DNA of 64,000 bases from an uncultured Flavobacteriaceae bacterium (GCA_964350445.1 CAYGKA010000007.1:41341-105340), one strand, 5' to 3'. Numbered from the stretch's first letter, positions 49,905 through 59,238 are shown. Numbers and translations: made by a program. Notes: a model not told the origin generated them from the letters alone.

Positions 49905-50810
49905 TTAGTTCAGAAGCGCAAGGATGGACTGCTGCTGCTGACCGGAAATAGCCAGGGACTGAATCCCCAACTGCTGCCGGGTCTGCAACGCCACCAGGTT
50001 CGCGCCTTCTTCGTTCAGATCCGCCAAGGTCAACTTGTCGGAACCGACTTGCAGTTCGTTGACGTAGTTGTCGGTGAAGTCCAAACGGGTCTGCAGGATA
50101 GCAACGTTGGCACCAAGCGACGCGCCACGGGCACGAAGGTTGGAAATACCGGTCGAGATGTTCTGCACTGCCGTCGTGGCGAAGGAAACGTTGGAGTTGT
50201 CCGCCCCGAAGGAGGTGAAGGAACCCGAGGAGACCCCGAAGTTGGAGATCGTGAAGCTCGAGTTGTTGCTCGTGAACGCGTTAATGGTAAAGATACTACC
50301 GTTGGTCGCGCTGGCTGCAGTGGCGTTCAGGTTGAACCCTGTCACCTGCAGACGGGACGACGTCCGAATACCAAAGGACACGTCCAGGGTCGAGTTGGTG
50401 GAGTTCAGCAGGTTCAAGCCGGCGAAGGACGCGTCCTCGATCAACTCGGAAATCTGCTTACCAACTTCAATAAACTGGGTCGTCGCCGACTGACGTTCCG
50501 CAGTGGACTGGGAACGCGCCGCTTCAACGATACCTTGAAGCTGGTTGAGAAGGTTATCGACCGACTCGACCGCCTGCAGGGCCGTGCTGAGGGAGCTAAT
50601 CCCCTGGTCGATTTCATCCCGGCGCAGTGCAAAGTCACCGCCACGATCGGACAGCGCCTGAGCCCGGAAGAAGTTGACAGCATCATCGACCACGCTGTTA
50701 ACCGCCTTACCGGTGGTAAGACGGGTCTGTGTGCGATCGCTGAGAGTCTGGGTTTGTTGCAGGGAAAGGAGCGACGAACGTTGTGCCGCTGTAAGAGCGA
50801 TATCAGACAT
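49905..50810 (-). CDS. Flagellin (301 aa), copy 2
   Basis: MSDIALTAAQRSSLLSLQQTQ ... LVALQTRQQLGIQSLAISGQQQQSILALLN. Roughly 70% identical to copy 1 by eye. Confidence 0.93.
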   Translation of the reverse strand: MSDIALTAAQRSSLLSLQQTQTLSDRTQTRLTTGKAVNSVVDDAVNFFRAQALSDRGGDFALRRDEIDQGISSLSTALQAVESVDNLLNQLQGIVEAARSQSTAERQSATTQFIEVGKQISELIEDASFAGLNLLNSTNSTLDVSFGIRTSSRLQVTGFNLNATAASATNGSIFTINAFTSNNSSFTISNFGVSSGSFTSFGADNSNVSFATTAVQNISTGISNLRARGASLGANVAILQTRLDFTDNYVNELQVGSDKLTLADLNEEGANLVALQTRQQLGIQSLAISGQQQQSILALLN

Positions 50811-51097
50811 AGTATTAATCCTTTCTGGATTAGTATGTATCCGGACTTCTGTCCGGGAGCTTCCTTCTGAAGCGTTTATTAGCTAGCCGAAATGCTGAAT
50901 TCAAGTCAAGAGAAAATTGCCGACCCAACTCAAACGTCCATTTTTTAAGAAAAATCAGTACTTTATCGACCACCCTCCCCAATCTATCGCGCACCACCCG
51001 GAATCATTTTCCCAGGAACGACCTTCAGCACAACGCCGCCCGCATCGCCCAATACCGCAAGCGTCATGACCTCGTCATCTCCAGCCGGCTGGGAAGA

Positions 51098-51113
51098 TGG
51101 CACGGCGATTGCT
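51098..51113 (+). promoter_or_regulatory. Sigma-54 (-24/-12) promoter of flgL
   Basis: TGGCAC-GGCGA-TTGCT, a near-perfect consensus, 72 nt upstream of the flgL ATG. Confidence 0.75.
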
Positions 51114-51184
51114 TTCACATTCAGCGTAGTATTGCGCCATGCGGCTTCGCGCATTGGCATTGTTGGAAAGGTTCCGGATCAACC

Positions 51185-52201
51185 ATGGTTTCACGGATCA
51201 GCACATTCGGCTCTTTGCAGGCGGATCTCTTCCTGATCCGCAGGCAGAACCTGAATTTCGACCGGTTGAACTTCCAGGTTGCAACGGGTGAGAAGTTCGC
51301 GGAGTTGAAAAACTATGGAACTCAGGCGCCGCGCATCCTGGCTCTGCAGTCGGAGATCGACAGGCGGGACGGCTACGTGAATTCCCTTGGCCTCGCGGAA
51401 CTGAACCTGCAATCCTACGATACCACGCTGGAGCGACTGAGCCAGATACTGGACGATGTCGTCAAAGCATCGGAACCGCTTTCGACGCAGGACCCGAACT
51501 TTGCGAGTACAACCGATGTCCTGTCGAAGAACCTGTTGATCGAGGTCGAAGCGAACCTGAATCTTGAAATCGGGGATCGGTTCCTTTTCGCGGGAAGCCG
51601 CTTCGACGTCGCGCCCGTGATCGATCTGCGCAGTTTGCCCATCTATACGACGAACGACCTGGGTGTCGCGAACACGATCGAAACGGCCAATAGCATACCG
51701 ACTTTCACGGTCGATAGCGGCGGCGCGAATACAGCCGTCTCCTACCACACCCAAGGTCCGAACACACAGGATCCCCGTTCATTCAATCAGGTAGCCCTGA
51801 CAGTGGCGGACGGCGCGTTGCTGACCTACGGCATCACAGCGACCGACCCCGCCTTCCAGAACCTTATAGAATCCATCGTCCGTCTGCGGTCTTCCACCCA
51901 GGCCGGTCTGACAGAAGCCCAACGGGAGCAATTCCTGGCCGAAGCCTCCACCGCGGCGCAAACCGCACGCGACCAGATACGCCAGTTGCAAGCCAAGAAT
52001 GGCTTGAATTTGAGCCGGCTTCAGGATCAGCGGGAGAATCACAAAAACTTCATCAATATCAGCAAGATCGCCCTGGACGACATCAAGCTTGTCGACGATG
52101 CGACGGCCGCCGCCGAAATTTCGGCCCTTTCGGCGCAGGTTCAGGCGTCGTTCACGGTGATTTCGACCCGGCGTCAGCTGTCCTTGGTCAACTTCCTGTA
52201 A
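51185..52201 (+). CDS. flgL: Flagellar hook-associated protein 3 (FlgL)
   Basis: MVSRISTFGSLQ flagellin-like N-terminus and C-terminal ISALSAQVQASFTVISTRRQLSLVNFL; 338 aa. Confidence 0.88.
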   Translation: MVSRISTFGSLQADLFLIRRQNLNFDRLNFQVATGEKFAELKNYGTQAPRILALQSEIDRRDGYVNSLGLAELNLQSYDTTLERLSQILDDVVKASEPLSTQDPNFASTTDVLSKNLLIEVEANLNLEIGDRFLFAGSRFDVAPVIDLRSLPIYTTNDLGVANTIETANSIPTFTVDSGGANTAVSYHTQGPNTQDPRSFNQVALTVADGALLTYGITATDPAFQNLIESIVRLRSSTQAGLTEAQREQFLAEASTAAQTARDQIRQLQAKNGLNLSRLQDQRENHKNFINISKIALDDIKLVDDATAAAEISALSAQVQASFTVISTRRQLSLVNFL

Positions 52202-52473
52202 TGGTGAACGAAACCATGAATACGAAGTGTATTATCGGGCGGGGACTTGTCGGAATATATGAACGAGTTAACCTGCTCTTTACGAAGTTTTCTGTAGACT
52301 TGCACGGTTACTGTAGAATATTCAGGGGTTTCAGTCCCTTAGGGAACAATCCGCTGTGGGGGCCTGTGGTAAACGGCCCCATCGTGTATGATCGACCGGA
52401 CTATGATCGATTGGCACTGCCGAAACGCACTTACCACCGCAACAGCGGCATCGGCCGCGGGACAAGGTTTTAA
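52201..52473 (+). CDS. Possible 90-aa ORF exactly bridging flgL and flaF (doubtful)
   Basis: TAATG overlaps at both ends (flgL stop/ORF start and ORF stop/flaF start). However, the segment is AT-rich, uses rare codons (AGA, ATA, AGG, TTA), and matches no family. Confidence 0.25.
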   Translation: MVNETMNTKCIIGRGLVGIYERVNLLFTKFSVDLHGYCRIFRGFSPLGNNPLWGPVVNGPIVYDRPDYDRLALPKRTYHRNSGIGRGTRF

Positions 52474-53015
52474 TGAGTAATCCCTACGCTTCGCAGCAAC
52501 GGTCGCAGCTGGAACACGCCGCACCGCAAGCCGCTGAGGGTTGGGCGCTTGTTGAGACGGCGCGCCGATTGGAAGCAGCGAAACGTAACCCCGACGACAA
52601 GAATGCCGTTCTGGCCGCGGTTCGGGTGAATTGGCGGATATGGACGATTATTCAGTCCTCGTTGGTCGACCCGGAATGTCCGCTGCCTCATGAGATTCGA
52701 GAAAACCTCCTGAACTTAAGCCGTTTCATCGACCGTCGTTCGGCGGAATTGATCGCCGCGCCGCAGGACATTCATAAATTGGACGTCCTGATCAACATCG
52801 ATCGGCAGATCGGCGCCGGCCTGCTCGGCAATCCGGCGGACGGCGATGACGCGCAGCAACCCCAAAAACAGGCTGCCGATACGGAAAGCAACACACAGGA
52901 CACCGCCCCGGCCCAACCCGGCGGCAGCGCCCACAGCCTGCTGTCGGTTCAGGAGTCGGCGTCGTCACCACCCGCCCCCAGCGCCCGCGGCAGCGTGACC
53001 TCCACCGAAACCTGA
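52473..53015 (+). CDS. flaF: Flagellar biosynthesis regulator FlaF
   Basis: EGWALVETARRLEAAKRN...LAAVRVNWRIWTIIQSSL...LPHEIRENLLNLSRFI matches the FlaF family pattern. Has an extended acidic/Pro-rich tail. Confidence 0.85.
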   Translation: MSNPYASQQRSQLEHAAPQAAEGWALVETARRLEAAKRNPDDKNAVLAAVRVNWRIWTIIQSSLVDPECPLPHEIRENLLNLSRFIDRRSAELIAAPQDIHKLDVLINIDRQIGAGLLGNPADGDDAQQPQKQAADTESNTQDTAPAQPGGSAHSLLSVQESASSPPAPSARGSVTSTET

Positions 53016-53031
53016 TTTCCGGCATCCCGCG

Positions 53032-53694
53032 ATGTCGGACTCCCCAGCGACTGTCACGCCCACACTGCTTCTGCTGATGAAACAGATGGAGGCGGATTTC
53101 TTCCGCGACTTCGCGGAAAGGCTGTCGCCATCCGTTCACGCCGTGCATGTCGACAGTTTGGACGCGCTTGAAAAGGCGGTCCCGGAGGCATGCCCCCACA
53201 CCAGGTTATTCGCTTTCAGCACCAGTATTATAGTGCCGCCGCGGATTCTCGGCCGCATAGCCTATAACGCCGTCAATTTTCATCCCGGCCCGCCGGAATA
53301 TCCCGGCTATCGCCCAACCGGGTTCGCCCTGTATGACGGCGCGCGAACCTACGGCGTCACAGCGCACTACATGACGGACAAGGTGGACGAAGGTCCGATC
53401 GTCGGCGTGGACAGGTTTCCCGTTGCGGCGGACGCGGTGCTGATCGATGTCGTGAAGGAGTCATATCAAAGGCTCGCCAAGCTGGCGCTGGCTCTATTGC
53501 CCGCCTTGCTGCGGGTCGATGAAGATATTCCAGCTTCCGGAGACCGTTGGCGGTCACGCAAGACCACCAGGGCGCAATATGACGCGATGCGGAGAATCCC
53601 CCGCGACATGTCAGCGGAAGAAATCGTCAAACGGTTCCGATGTTTCGACGGCGTCTATTCGCCTTTGGACGCCGACTACTACGCGGAAGCCTAA
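53032..53694 (+). CDS. Formyltransferase-family protein
   Basis: AVNFHPGPPEYPGYRPTGFALYDGARTYGVTAHYMTDKVDEGPIVG is the classic N..H...D formyltransferase core. Confidence 0.78.
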   Translation: MSDSPATVTPTLLLLMKQMEADFFRDFAERLSPSVHAVHVDSLDALEKAVPEACPHTRLFAFSTSIIVPPRILGRIAYNAVNFHPGPPEYPGYRPTGFALYDGARTYGVTAHYMTDKVDEGPIVGVDRFPVAADAVLIDVVKESYQRLAKLALALLPALLRVDEDIPASGDRWRSRKTTRAQYDAMRRIPRDMSAEEIVKRFRCFDGVYSPLDADYYAEA

Positions 53695-53734
53695 CCGGCC
53701 GCTTCGTCATGCAGACGGCCCGACAGGCGGACGA

Positions 53735-54142
53735 TTAGTCGCCCGTGCCCGCGCCCTCGACGGATGCGAGACGCTCGGTCTCATGATCGATCAATTCCTG
53801 CGTCTTGCGCAGAGCATCGTAGTAGCGTTCGCCTGCGACAAGGGTCCGGATTTCCGACAGGATTTCGGCGGCGCTGGGTGCGGCCTGGATGTAATCCTGC
53901 TCGAATTGGCGATACAGATCCAGATATTGGGCCCGGTCCGTGTCGAATAGATAGGCGCATTGCAGGGCGTAATAGACGCGACGCGCCGGCGTGCTCGCCT
54001 CCGTCTCGCTCATCACTTCCTTGCGGCGCAGAATATCGACACGGTTATGCAGGATGATCGTCGTCGCCTCGCCGCCGTTCTCGATGACCGCACCGTTAAT
54101 GATGATCTTTTCCTTCGACGGAAGCTTGATACGAAGTGGCAT
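53735..54142 (-). CDS. flbT: Flagellin translational repressor FlbT
   Basis: MPLRIKLPSKEKIIINGAVIENGGEATTIILHNRVDILRRKEVM is the FlbT family signature. Confidence 0.88.
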   Translation of the reverse strand: MPLRIKLPSKEKIIINGAVIENGGEATTIILHNRVDILRRKEVMSETEASTPARRVYYALQCAYLFDTDRAQYLDLYRQFEQDYIQAAPSAAEILSEIRTLVAGERYYDALRKTQELIDHETERLASVEGAGTGD

Positions 54143-54271
54143 GGCTGGATTGTCCTTCTACGATCCGTGGCATCGCCCCGAAACCGGGGCCGTTCAAGTC
54201 GTGCGCCTCGCCCTAGACTAGGGGGCCGATCCCGCCTTGTGCAAGGACCGGGGCGAACATCCAAGCAGGAA

Positions 54272-54287
54272 TGCAGATTCTTTGCCA
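54272..54287 (-). promoter_or_regulatory. Sigma-54 (-24/-12) promoter of flbT
   Basis: The minus strand reads TGGCAA-AGAAT-CTGCA with GG-N10-GC spacing, about 130 nt upstream of the flbT ATG. Confidence 0.55.
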
Positions 54288-54352
54288 GATTCCGCCTTTT
54301 TTACGACAAAGAACGGAAATATCGGCCAAAAACGACCCGCTGAAACGGAAAC

Positions 54353-54376
54353 GGCGCGGGCTTTTCCGCCCACGCC
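54353..54376 (-). terminator. Probable terminator of the dctPQM operon
   Basis: GGCGCGGGC / GCCCACGCC stem with one mismatch, followed on the minus strand by a T-rich tract. Confidence 0.45.
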
Positions 54377-54409
54377 GCCGCCGCATTGCTCACTTCCAAC
54401 GGAATTGGG

Positions 54410-55774
54410 TCACTTCGTTATGATCTCCGGTCCCATCATCGTTGTCGGCAGATATGTCGATATCCAAGGTACATAGGTGACCAGGATCAGGAAGATGAAC
54501 ATGATGCCCACGAAGGGCAGCGCCGCCCTGACGACCTGCATCACGGACATCTGCGCGACCCCCGCCGTCACGAACAGGTTCAATCCCACCGGCGGCGTGA
54601 TCATCCCGATCTCCATATTGACGACCATGATGATCCCCAGATGGATGGGGTCGATGCCGAGTTCGATGGCGATCGGGAAGACAAGCGGCGCAACGATCAC
54701 CAACAGGCCTGACGGCTCCATGAACTGCCCGCCGATCAACAGGATCACATTGACGACCACCAGGAACAGGATCGGCCCGAAACCGGCGTTCAACATGGCT
54801 TCGGTTATCATCTGCGGAATGCGTTCTTCGGTCAGGACATGCTTCAAAATCAGTGCGTTGGCGATGATGAACATCAGCATGATGGTCAGCTTGCCGGCCT
54901 CGAACAGCGCCTTCTTCGTATCCGGGTGCCAGAAGATGGACAGCACCCGCATTGCAAAGGCGCCGCTACGGCGTCCCGTTTCACTGAACGGCCCCATATC
55001 GCGATAGACGAAATTGGCGATGATGAACGCATAGACCGCCGAGACCGCCGCCGCTTCCGTCGGCGTGAATATCCCGCCGTAAATACCGCCCAGGATGATG
55101 ACGATCAGCATCAGCCCCCAGAGCGCGTCCCTGGCAGACGCCAAGACCTCACCCCAGCCGGCCCAATCCTGGGACGGCAGACCCTTCCACTTCGCGACGA
55201 TGAAGATGCCAACCATCAGCATCAGTCCGGCGATAAGACCCGGCAGAACGCCGGCCAGGAACATGCGGCCGACCGAGACATCCGTCGCCGCCGCATAGAC
55301 GACCATGACGATGGATGGCGGGATCAGAATGCCCAGCGTACCCGCGTTGCAGATCACGCCGGCGGCGAATTCCTTCGTATAGCCGACCTGTCGCATTCCG
55401 GCGATGACGATGCTGCCGACGGCAACGACTGTCGCGGGCGATGAACCCGACAGCGCCGCGAACATCATGCAGGCGAAGACTGACGCGATGGCCAGACCGC
55501 CCTGGAAATGCCCCACGACGGAAATCGCGAAACGGATGATGCGCCGAGCCACACCACCGGTCGACATGAAGGTGGACGCCAAGATGAAGAAGGGAATGGC
55601 GAGCAGCGTGTAGTGGCCGTGAAAGGCCGAGAAGAGTGTTTGCGCAACCGACGCCAAGGAACCGTCGGAATAGAGGAACAGGAAAATAATGCTCGCCAGA
55701 CCGAGGCCAATGGCAATCGGCACGCCCAGGAAGAGCAGGCCGATGACGAGCGCGAAGAGCAATAGGACAGACAT
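54410..55774 (-). CDS. dctM: TRAP transporter large permease subunit
   Basis: 454 aa, polytopic. Typical DctM N-terminus MSVLLLFALVIGLLFLGVPIAIGLGLAS. Confidence 0.9.
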   Translation of the reverse strand: MSVLLLFALVIGLLFLGVPIAIGLGLASIIFLFLYSDGSLASVAQTLFSAFHGHYTLLAIPFFILASTFMSTGGVARRIIRFAISVVGHFQGGLAIASVFACMMFAALSGSSPATVVAVGSIVIAGMRQVGYTKEFAAGVICNAGTLGILIPPSIVMVVYAAATDVSVGRMFLAGVLPGLIAGLMLMVGIFIVAKWKGLPSQDWAGWGEVLASARDALWGLMLIVIILGGIYGGIFTPTEAAAVSAVYAFIIANFVYRDMGPFSETGRRSGAFAMRVLSIFWHPDTKKALFEAGKLTIMLMFIIANALILKHVLTEERIPQMITEAMLNAGFGPILFLVVVNVILLIGGQFMEPSGLLVIVAPLVFPIAIELGIDPIHLGIIMVVNMEIGMITPPVGLNLFVTAGVAQMSVMQVVRAALPFVGIMFIFLILVTYVPWISTYLPTTMMGPEIITK

Positions 55775-55777
55775 GGC

Positions 55778-56407
55778 TCAGCCCTCCTTGCCGGCGGTCG
55801 TGGCGGCGGCATCCATGTCGGACTCTTCCACCTCGTGGCTGGCGATGATCAGTTCCTCGCCCCCCCGGGCTATCCGGATGGCGACCTGAATGAAGCGAAA
55901 CGTCAGCAAGGTCATGCCGAGCGGCAACGCAAAATACGGAATGAAGCGGGGAAGTTTTTCGTAGGCCTCACCCTCGTTCAGCCAACCCGCCAGGAACTGC
56001 AGGAAGAAGGGCATCGGCACATCCTCCGTCTCCATGAAGGCGCGGGTCGTGACGAAGGGATACCAGTAGTCCCAACTTCCCTTCAGCAGCGCCAGACTGA
56101 AGGCGATGCAAAGCAATGCCGCCAGAAGGGTGACGTAGCGCCGCGTTGGTTGGGGCATCAGGTTGACCAGAACGTCAACGCCCAGATGCAGGTTCTTCTT
56201 AACGCAATAGGAAACCCCGATCAGCACGAGCCAGGCGAACAGGAAGACAGTGACTTCCAGAGCCCAAAGAACGTTGCTGTTGAAAATGTAACGGGCAACA
56301 ACGTTCACGAAGGTGATGACAGTCATCAAGCCAAGGACGGCGGCGATGAATATTTCTTCGATCGCATCTATCCGTTGACCGAGGGTGGTCCGCGGTCGGT
56401 CGTTCAT
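55778..56407 (-). CDS. dctQ: TRAP transporter small permease subunit
   Basis: ATG at 56407 after GGGGAGGAA. About 4 TM segments, located immediately upstream of dctM. Confidence 0.85.
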   Translation of the reverse strand: MNDRPRTTLGQRIDAIEEIFIAAVLGLMTVITFVNVVARYIFNSNVLWALEVTVFLFAWLVLIGVSYCVKKNLHLGVDVLVNLMPQPTRRYVTLLAALLCIAFSLALLKGSWDYWYPFVTTRAFMETEDVPMPFFLQFLAGWLNEGEAYEKLPRFIPYFALPLGMTLLTFRFIQVAIRIARGGEELIIASHEVEESDMDAAATTAGKEG

Positions 56408-56586
56408 GATTTCCTCCCCACTTGGCCTTTTGGGCCTACCCGGATCGGTCCCCGTCTTTGCGGGTATTCGCGGTCGGGCCCGGAAGCCGTCGCCGCAATC
56501 CGGCGCACCGGTCAAGGGTGCTGTTCTTTTTCCGCGAACCCGCCGGCCGGGTTTCCCCGGCCGGCGGTGTCACGCATCGGAACCGT

Positions 56587-57597
56587 TTAGTTTCCGACGT
56601 TGGCGGCCTGCGCGGCGGCGATCAGATCGGCGCCGATTTCGTCCTGGAACTTGGCCCAGACGGGTTTCAGGGCTTCGACCCACAGCTGCCGCTGTTCCGA
56701 GGTCAAGGTGCGGATAACGCCACCGGCATCCAGGATGCGCTGACGGTTTTCCAGATCGACCTTGTCGGACTCAGCGTTCCGCAGTTCCGTCACTTCCTTG
56801 ATGATCGTATCAAGTTGGGTACGGACGTCTTCGGGCAGGCCGTCCCACCATTCCGTGGACGTCACGACCAGATAGTCGATGATCCCGTGATTGGTTTCGG
56901 TCGTGCCGTCCTGAACTTCGAAGAACTTCTTGCCGTAGATGTTGGACCAGGTGTTTTCCTGGCCGTCGATGACCTTGGTCTGCAAGCCGCCATAGACTTC
57001 GCTGAAAGCCATTTTCTGCGGGTTCGCGCCAAGCGCTTCAAACTGTGCAACCAGCACGTCCGAGGTCTGAACGCGGAACTTCAGGCCCGCGGCATCTTCC
57101 GGCACGATAAGCGGCTTGGTCGCCGACATCTGCTTCATGCCGTTATGCCAGAAGGCAAGGCCTTTCAGGCCTTTCCGGCGCATGGAGTTCTTCAAATTCT
57201 CGCCGTCTTCCGAATTCTGAAAACGGTCAACCGCGGCAATGTTTTCGAACATGAACGGCAGATCGAACAGCCGGAATTTCTTGGTGAACTGCTCGAACTT
57301 CGACAGCGACGGCGCGGCCAACTGAACGTCGCCGTTCAGCATCGCTTCAAGAACCTTGTCGTCGTCATACAGCGTGGAGTTGGGGAATATCTCCATGCAC
57401 GCCTTGCCGTTCATTTCATCGTTCACGCGCTGGGCCAGCAACGAAGCGGCAATACCCTTCGGGTGCTTGTCTTCGTTCGTGACGTGGCTGAACTTGATTT
57501 TGATTTCGCCGTCTTCGCAGGAGGCGAGAGCCTGGGTGGAGACGGTGGAGGCCAGAAGGGCGGCACCCACGGCCGCCGCCGTGACGAGTTTACGCAT
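56587..57597 (-). CDS. dctP: TRAP transporter solute-binding subunit (C4-dicarboxylate type)
   Basis: Signal peptide. IKIKFSHVTNEDKHPKGIAA ... DctP-family pattern; 336 aa. Confidence 0.88.
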   Translation of the reverse strand: MRKLVTAAAVGAALLASTVSTQALASCEDGEIKIKFSHVTNEDKHPKGIAASLLAQRVNDEMNGKACMEIFPNSTLYDDDKVLEAMLNGDVQLAAPSLSKFEQFTKKFRLFDLPFMFENIAAVDRFQNSEDGENLKNSMRRKGLKGLAFWHNGMKQMSATKPLIVPEDAAGLKFRVQTSDVLVAQFEALGANPQKMAFSEVYGGLQTKVIDGQENTWSNIYGKKFFEVQDGTTETNHGIIDYLVVTSTEWWDGLPEDVRTQLDTIIKEVTELRNAESDKVDLENRQRILDAGGVIRTLTSEQRQLWVEALKPVWAKFQDEIGADLIAAAQAANVGN

Positions 57598-57667
57598 CAG
57601 TTTCTCTCCCGAGTAGGATTATTCACCTGCCGGCTCTTTCCGGACCGGTGTTTCGCACCTCCCCAAG

Positions 57668-57683
57668 CGCAATGCCCGTACCA
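57668..57683 (-). promoter_or_regulatory. Sigma-54 (-24/-12) promoter of dctPQM
   Basis: The minus strand reads TGGTAC-GGGCA-TTGCG with GG-N10-GC spacing, about 70 nt upstream of the dctP ATG. Confidence 0.65.
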
Positions 57684-57801
57684 CTTGCGGGGGACGGCTC
57701 AAAACAGGCATCAAAGACAAACTAATGATCTGTTTTAATTGAGTTATTCGGCATCAACAAAAGGCGTCGGCGGATCTGAAAACACAGCCGAATGGGTAAC
57801 T

Positions 57802-57816
57802 GCCGACACATTCGGC
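57802..57816. promoter_or_regulatory. Palindrome GCCGA-N5-TCGGC (with related half sites ATTCGGC at 57747 and GCCGAAT at 57787), candidate DctD upstream activating sites
   Basis: Located 70-140 bp upstream of the dctP -24/-12 element, between dctP and dctD. Confidence 0.25.
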
Positions 57817-57867
57817 GGCAGGCGTGTGTAATACTTCACCCATTTTTGGGAAGAGCTTGAAATAAAA

Positions 57868-59238
57868 TTACCCGGCGTTCGGGCCGCGATGGACGGTAAT
57901 GCCGTATTTCCGCATCTTGTCGTAGAGTGTTTTCCGCGAAATCCCGAGAGTCTCGTAGGTATCCTTCAAGCTGTGGCCGCTGGTTTCCAAGGCATTTTCG
58001 ATCAGCCGTCTTTCCACGGCTTCCATCTGTTCAACCAGCCCCACCGGCACATCGTCCCCGTCGTCGCCATGCCCCAAACTGCGGCCGTCCTTGTCGTCGA
58101 GCGCCCCTAGGCCCGCGCCGAGGGCGAAGCGCATCGCGGCGTTCTGCAATTCCCGGACATTGCCGGGCCAATCGTGAAGCAGCAAAGCGGAAACTACCGT
58201 TGGCGCGATCGCAACGGTCGGCTTCTGATATTTTTCGCAGGCTTGGCTCACGAAATGCTGGAACAGCAGCGGGATGTCGTCCTTTCTTTCGCGCAATGGC
58301 GGTATAGAGACAGACAGAACATCCAATCGATAGAACAAGTCCTCCCGGAATTGCCCTTGATCGGACAGCACGCGCAAATCCTCCTTGGTCGCGGCCAGGA
58401 CCCTGACATCGACGGGCACCTCGTCGTTTCCGCCCAACGGGACGACGGCGCGGTCCTGCAGCACCCGAAGCAGCTTGATTTGCAGGTCCATCGGCATGCT
58501 TTCGATTTCATCCAGGAAAAGTGTGCCGCCATCGGCGTGTTCGATACGCCCCACCCGTTTCTTCGCCGCGCCGGTGAAGGCCCCGGGCTTATGTCCGAAC
58601 AACTCGCTTTCAATCAGGTTTTCCGGCAATGCGCCGCAGTTGATCGCGACGAATCTATTGGCCCGCCGGGCGCTGCCCTCGTGCAGGCTGCGCGCAACCA
58701 TCTCTTTACCGGCGCCGGTTTCGCCATGGATAAGAACATCCGCATCCGTGGCGGCATAGTCCGTTATACGCTTTCGCAAACGGGCCATCGCCGGTGTCTT
58801 GCCAAGAAGACGCTGCTCCAACGCGGCGCCTTCGCCGATGGCCATTCTCAATTGCCTGTTTTCGAGAACCAGCCTGCGTTTTTCCAAGGCGCGCCGCACG
58901 GCATCGACCAGCAAATCCGACGCGAACGGCTTTTCCAGGAAGTCATAGGCGCCATCGCGCATGGCTTGCACAGCCATCGGGACGTCACCGTGCCCGGTGA
59001 TCAAGACGACAGGCAGATCGGGGTCCACAGCCAGGACCGCCGCCATCAACTCCAAACCGCTCGTGCCCGGCATCTTGATATCGGTGACCAGAACGCCCGG
59101 CCAGGACTGACCAATCCGATCGACCACCCCGTCCGCCGACGCAAACGCCTCGACTTCGATACCGGCCAAGTCGAGCGCCTGCATGCAGGCCGTGCGCAAA
59201 TGTTCTTCATCATCGACAAGCATAACGAGACCGGTCAT
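57868..59238 (-). CDS. dctD: Sigma-54-dependent response regulator (DctD-type)
   Basis: Receiver domain (LVDDEEHLR...TDIKMPG), AAA+ domain with GETGAGKE and GAFTGA, and a C-terminal Fis HTH. Confidence 0.9.
   Translation of the reverse strand: MTGLVMLVDDEEHLRTACMQALDLAGIEVEAFASADGVVDRIGQSWPGVLVTDIKMPGTSGLELMAAVLAVDPDLPVVLITGHGDVPMAVQAMRDGAYDFLEKPFASDLLVDAVRRALEKRRLVLENRQLRMAIGEGAALEQRLLGKTPAMARLRKRITDYAATDADVLIHGETGAGKEMVARSLHEGSARRANRFVAINCGALPENLIESELFGHKPGAFTGAAKKRVGRIEHADGGTLFLDEIESMPMDLQIKLLRVLQDRAVVPLGGNDEVPVDVRVLAATKEDLRVLSDQGQFREDLFYRLDVLSVSIPPLRERKDDIPLLFQHFVSQACEKYQKPTVAIAPTVVSALLLHDWPGNVRELQNAAMRFALGAGLGALDDKDGRSLGHGDDGDDVPVGLVEQMEAVERRLIENALETSGHSLKDTYETLGISRKTLYDKMRKYGITVHRGPNAG

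Noticed and set aside
50963-50970. Sigma-28-like -10 box (minus strand GTCGATAA) upstream of flagellin copy 2
   Set aside because: No TAAA-type -35 element at the required spacing of about 15 nt. It is a single 7/8 match and is not convincing.
52412-52426. TGGCAC upstream of flaF
   Set aside because: The -24 half is perfect, but the position 10 nt downstream of the GG reads AA, not GC, so it is not a -24/-12 promoter.
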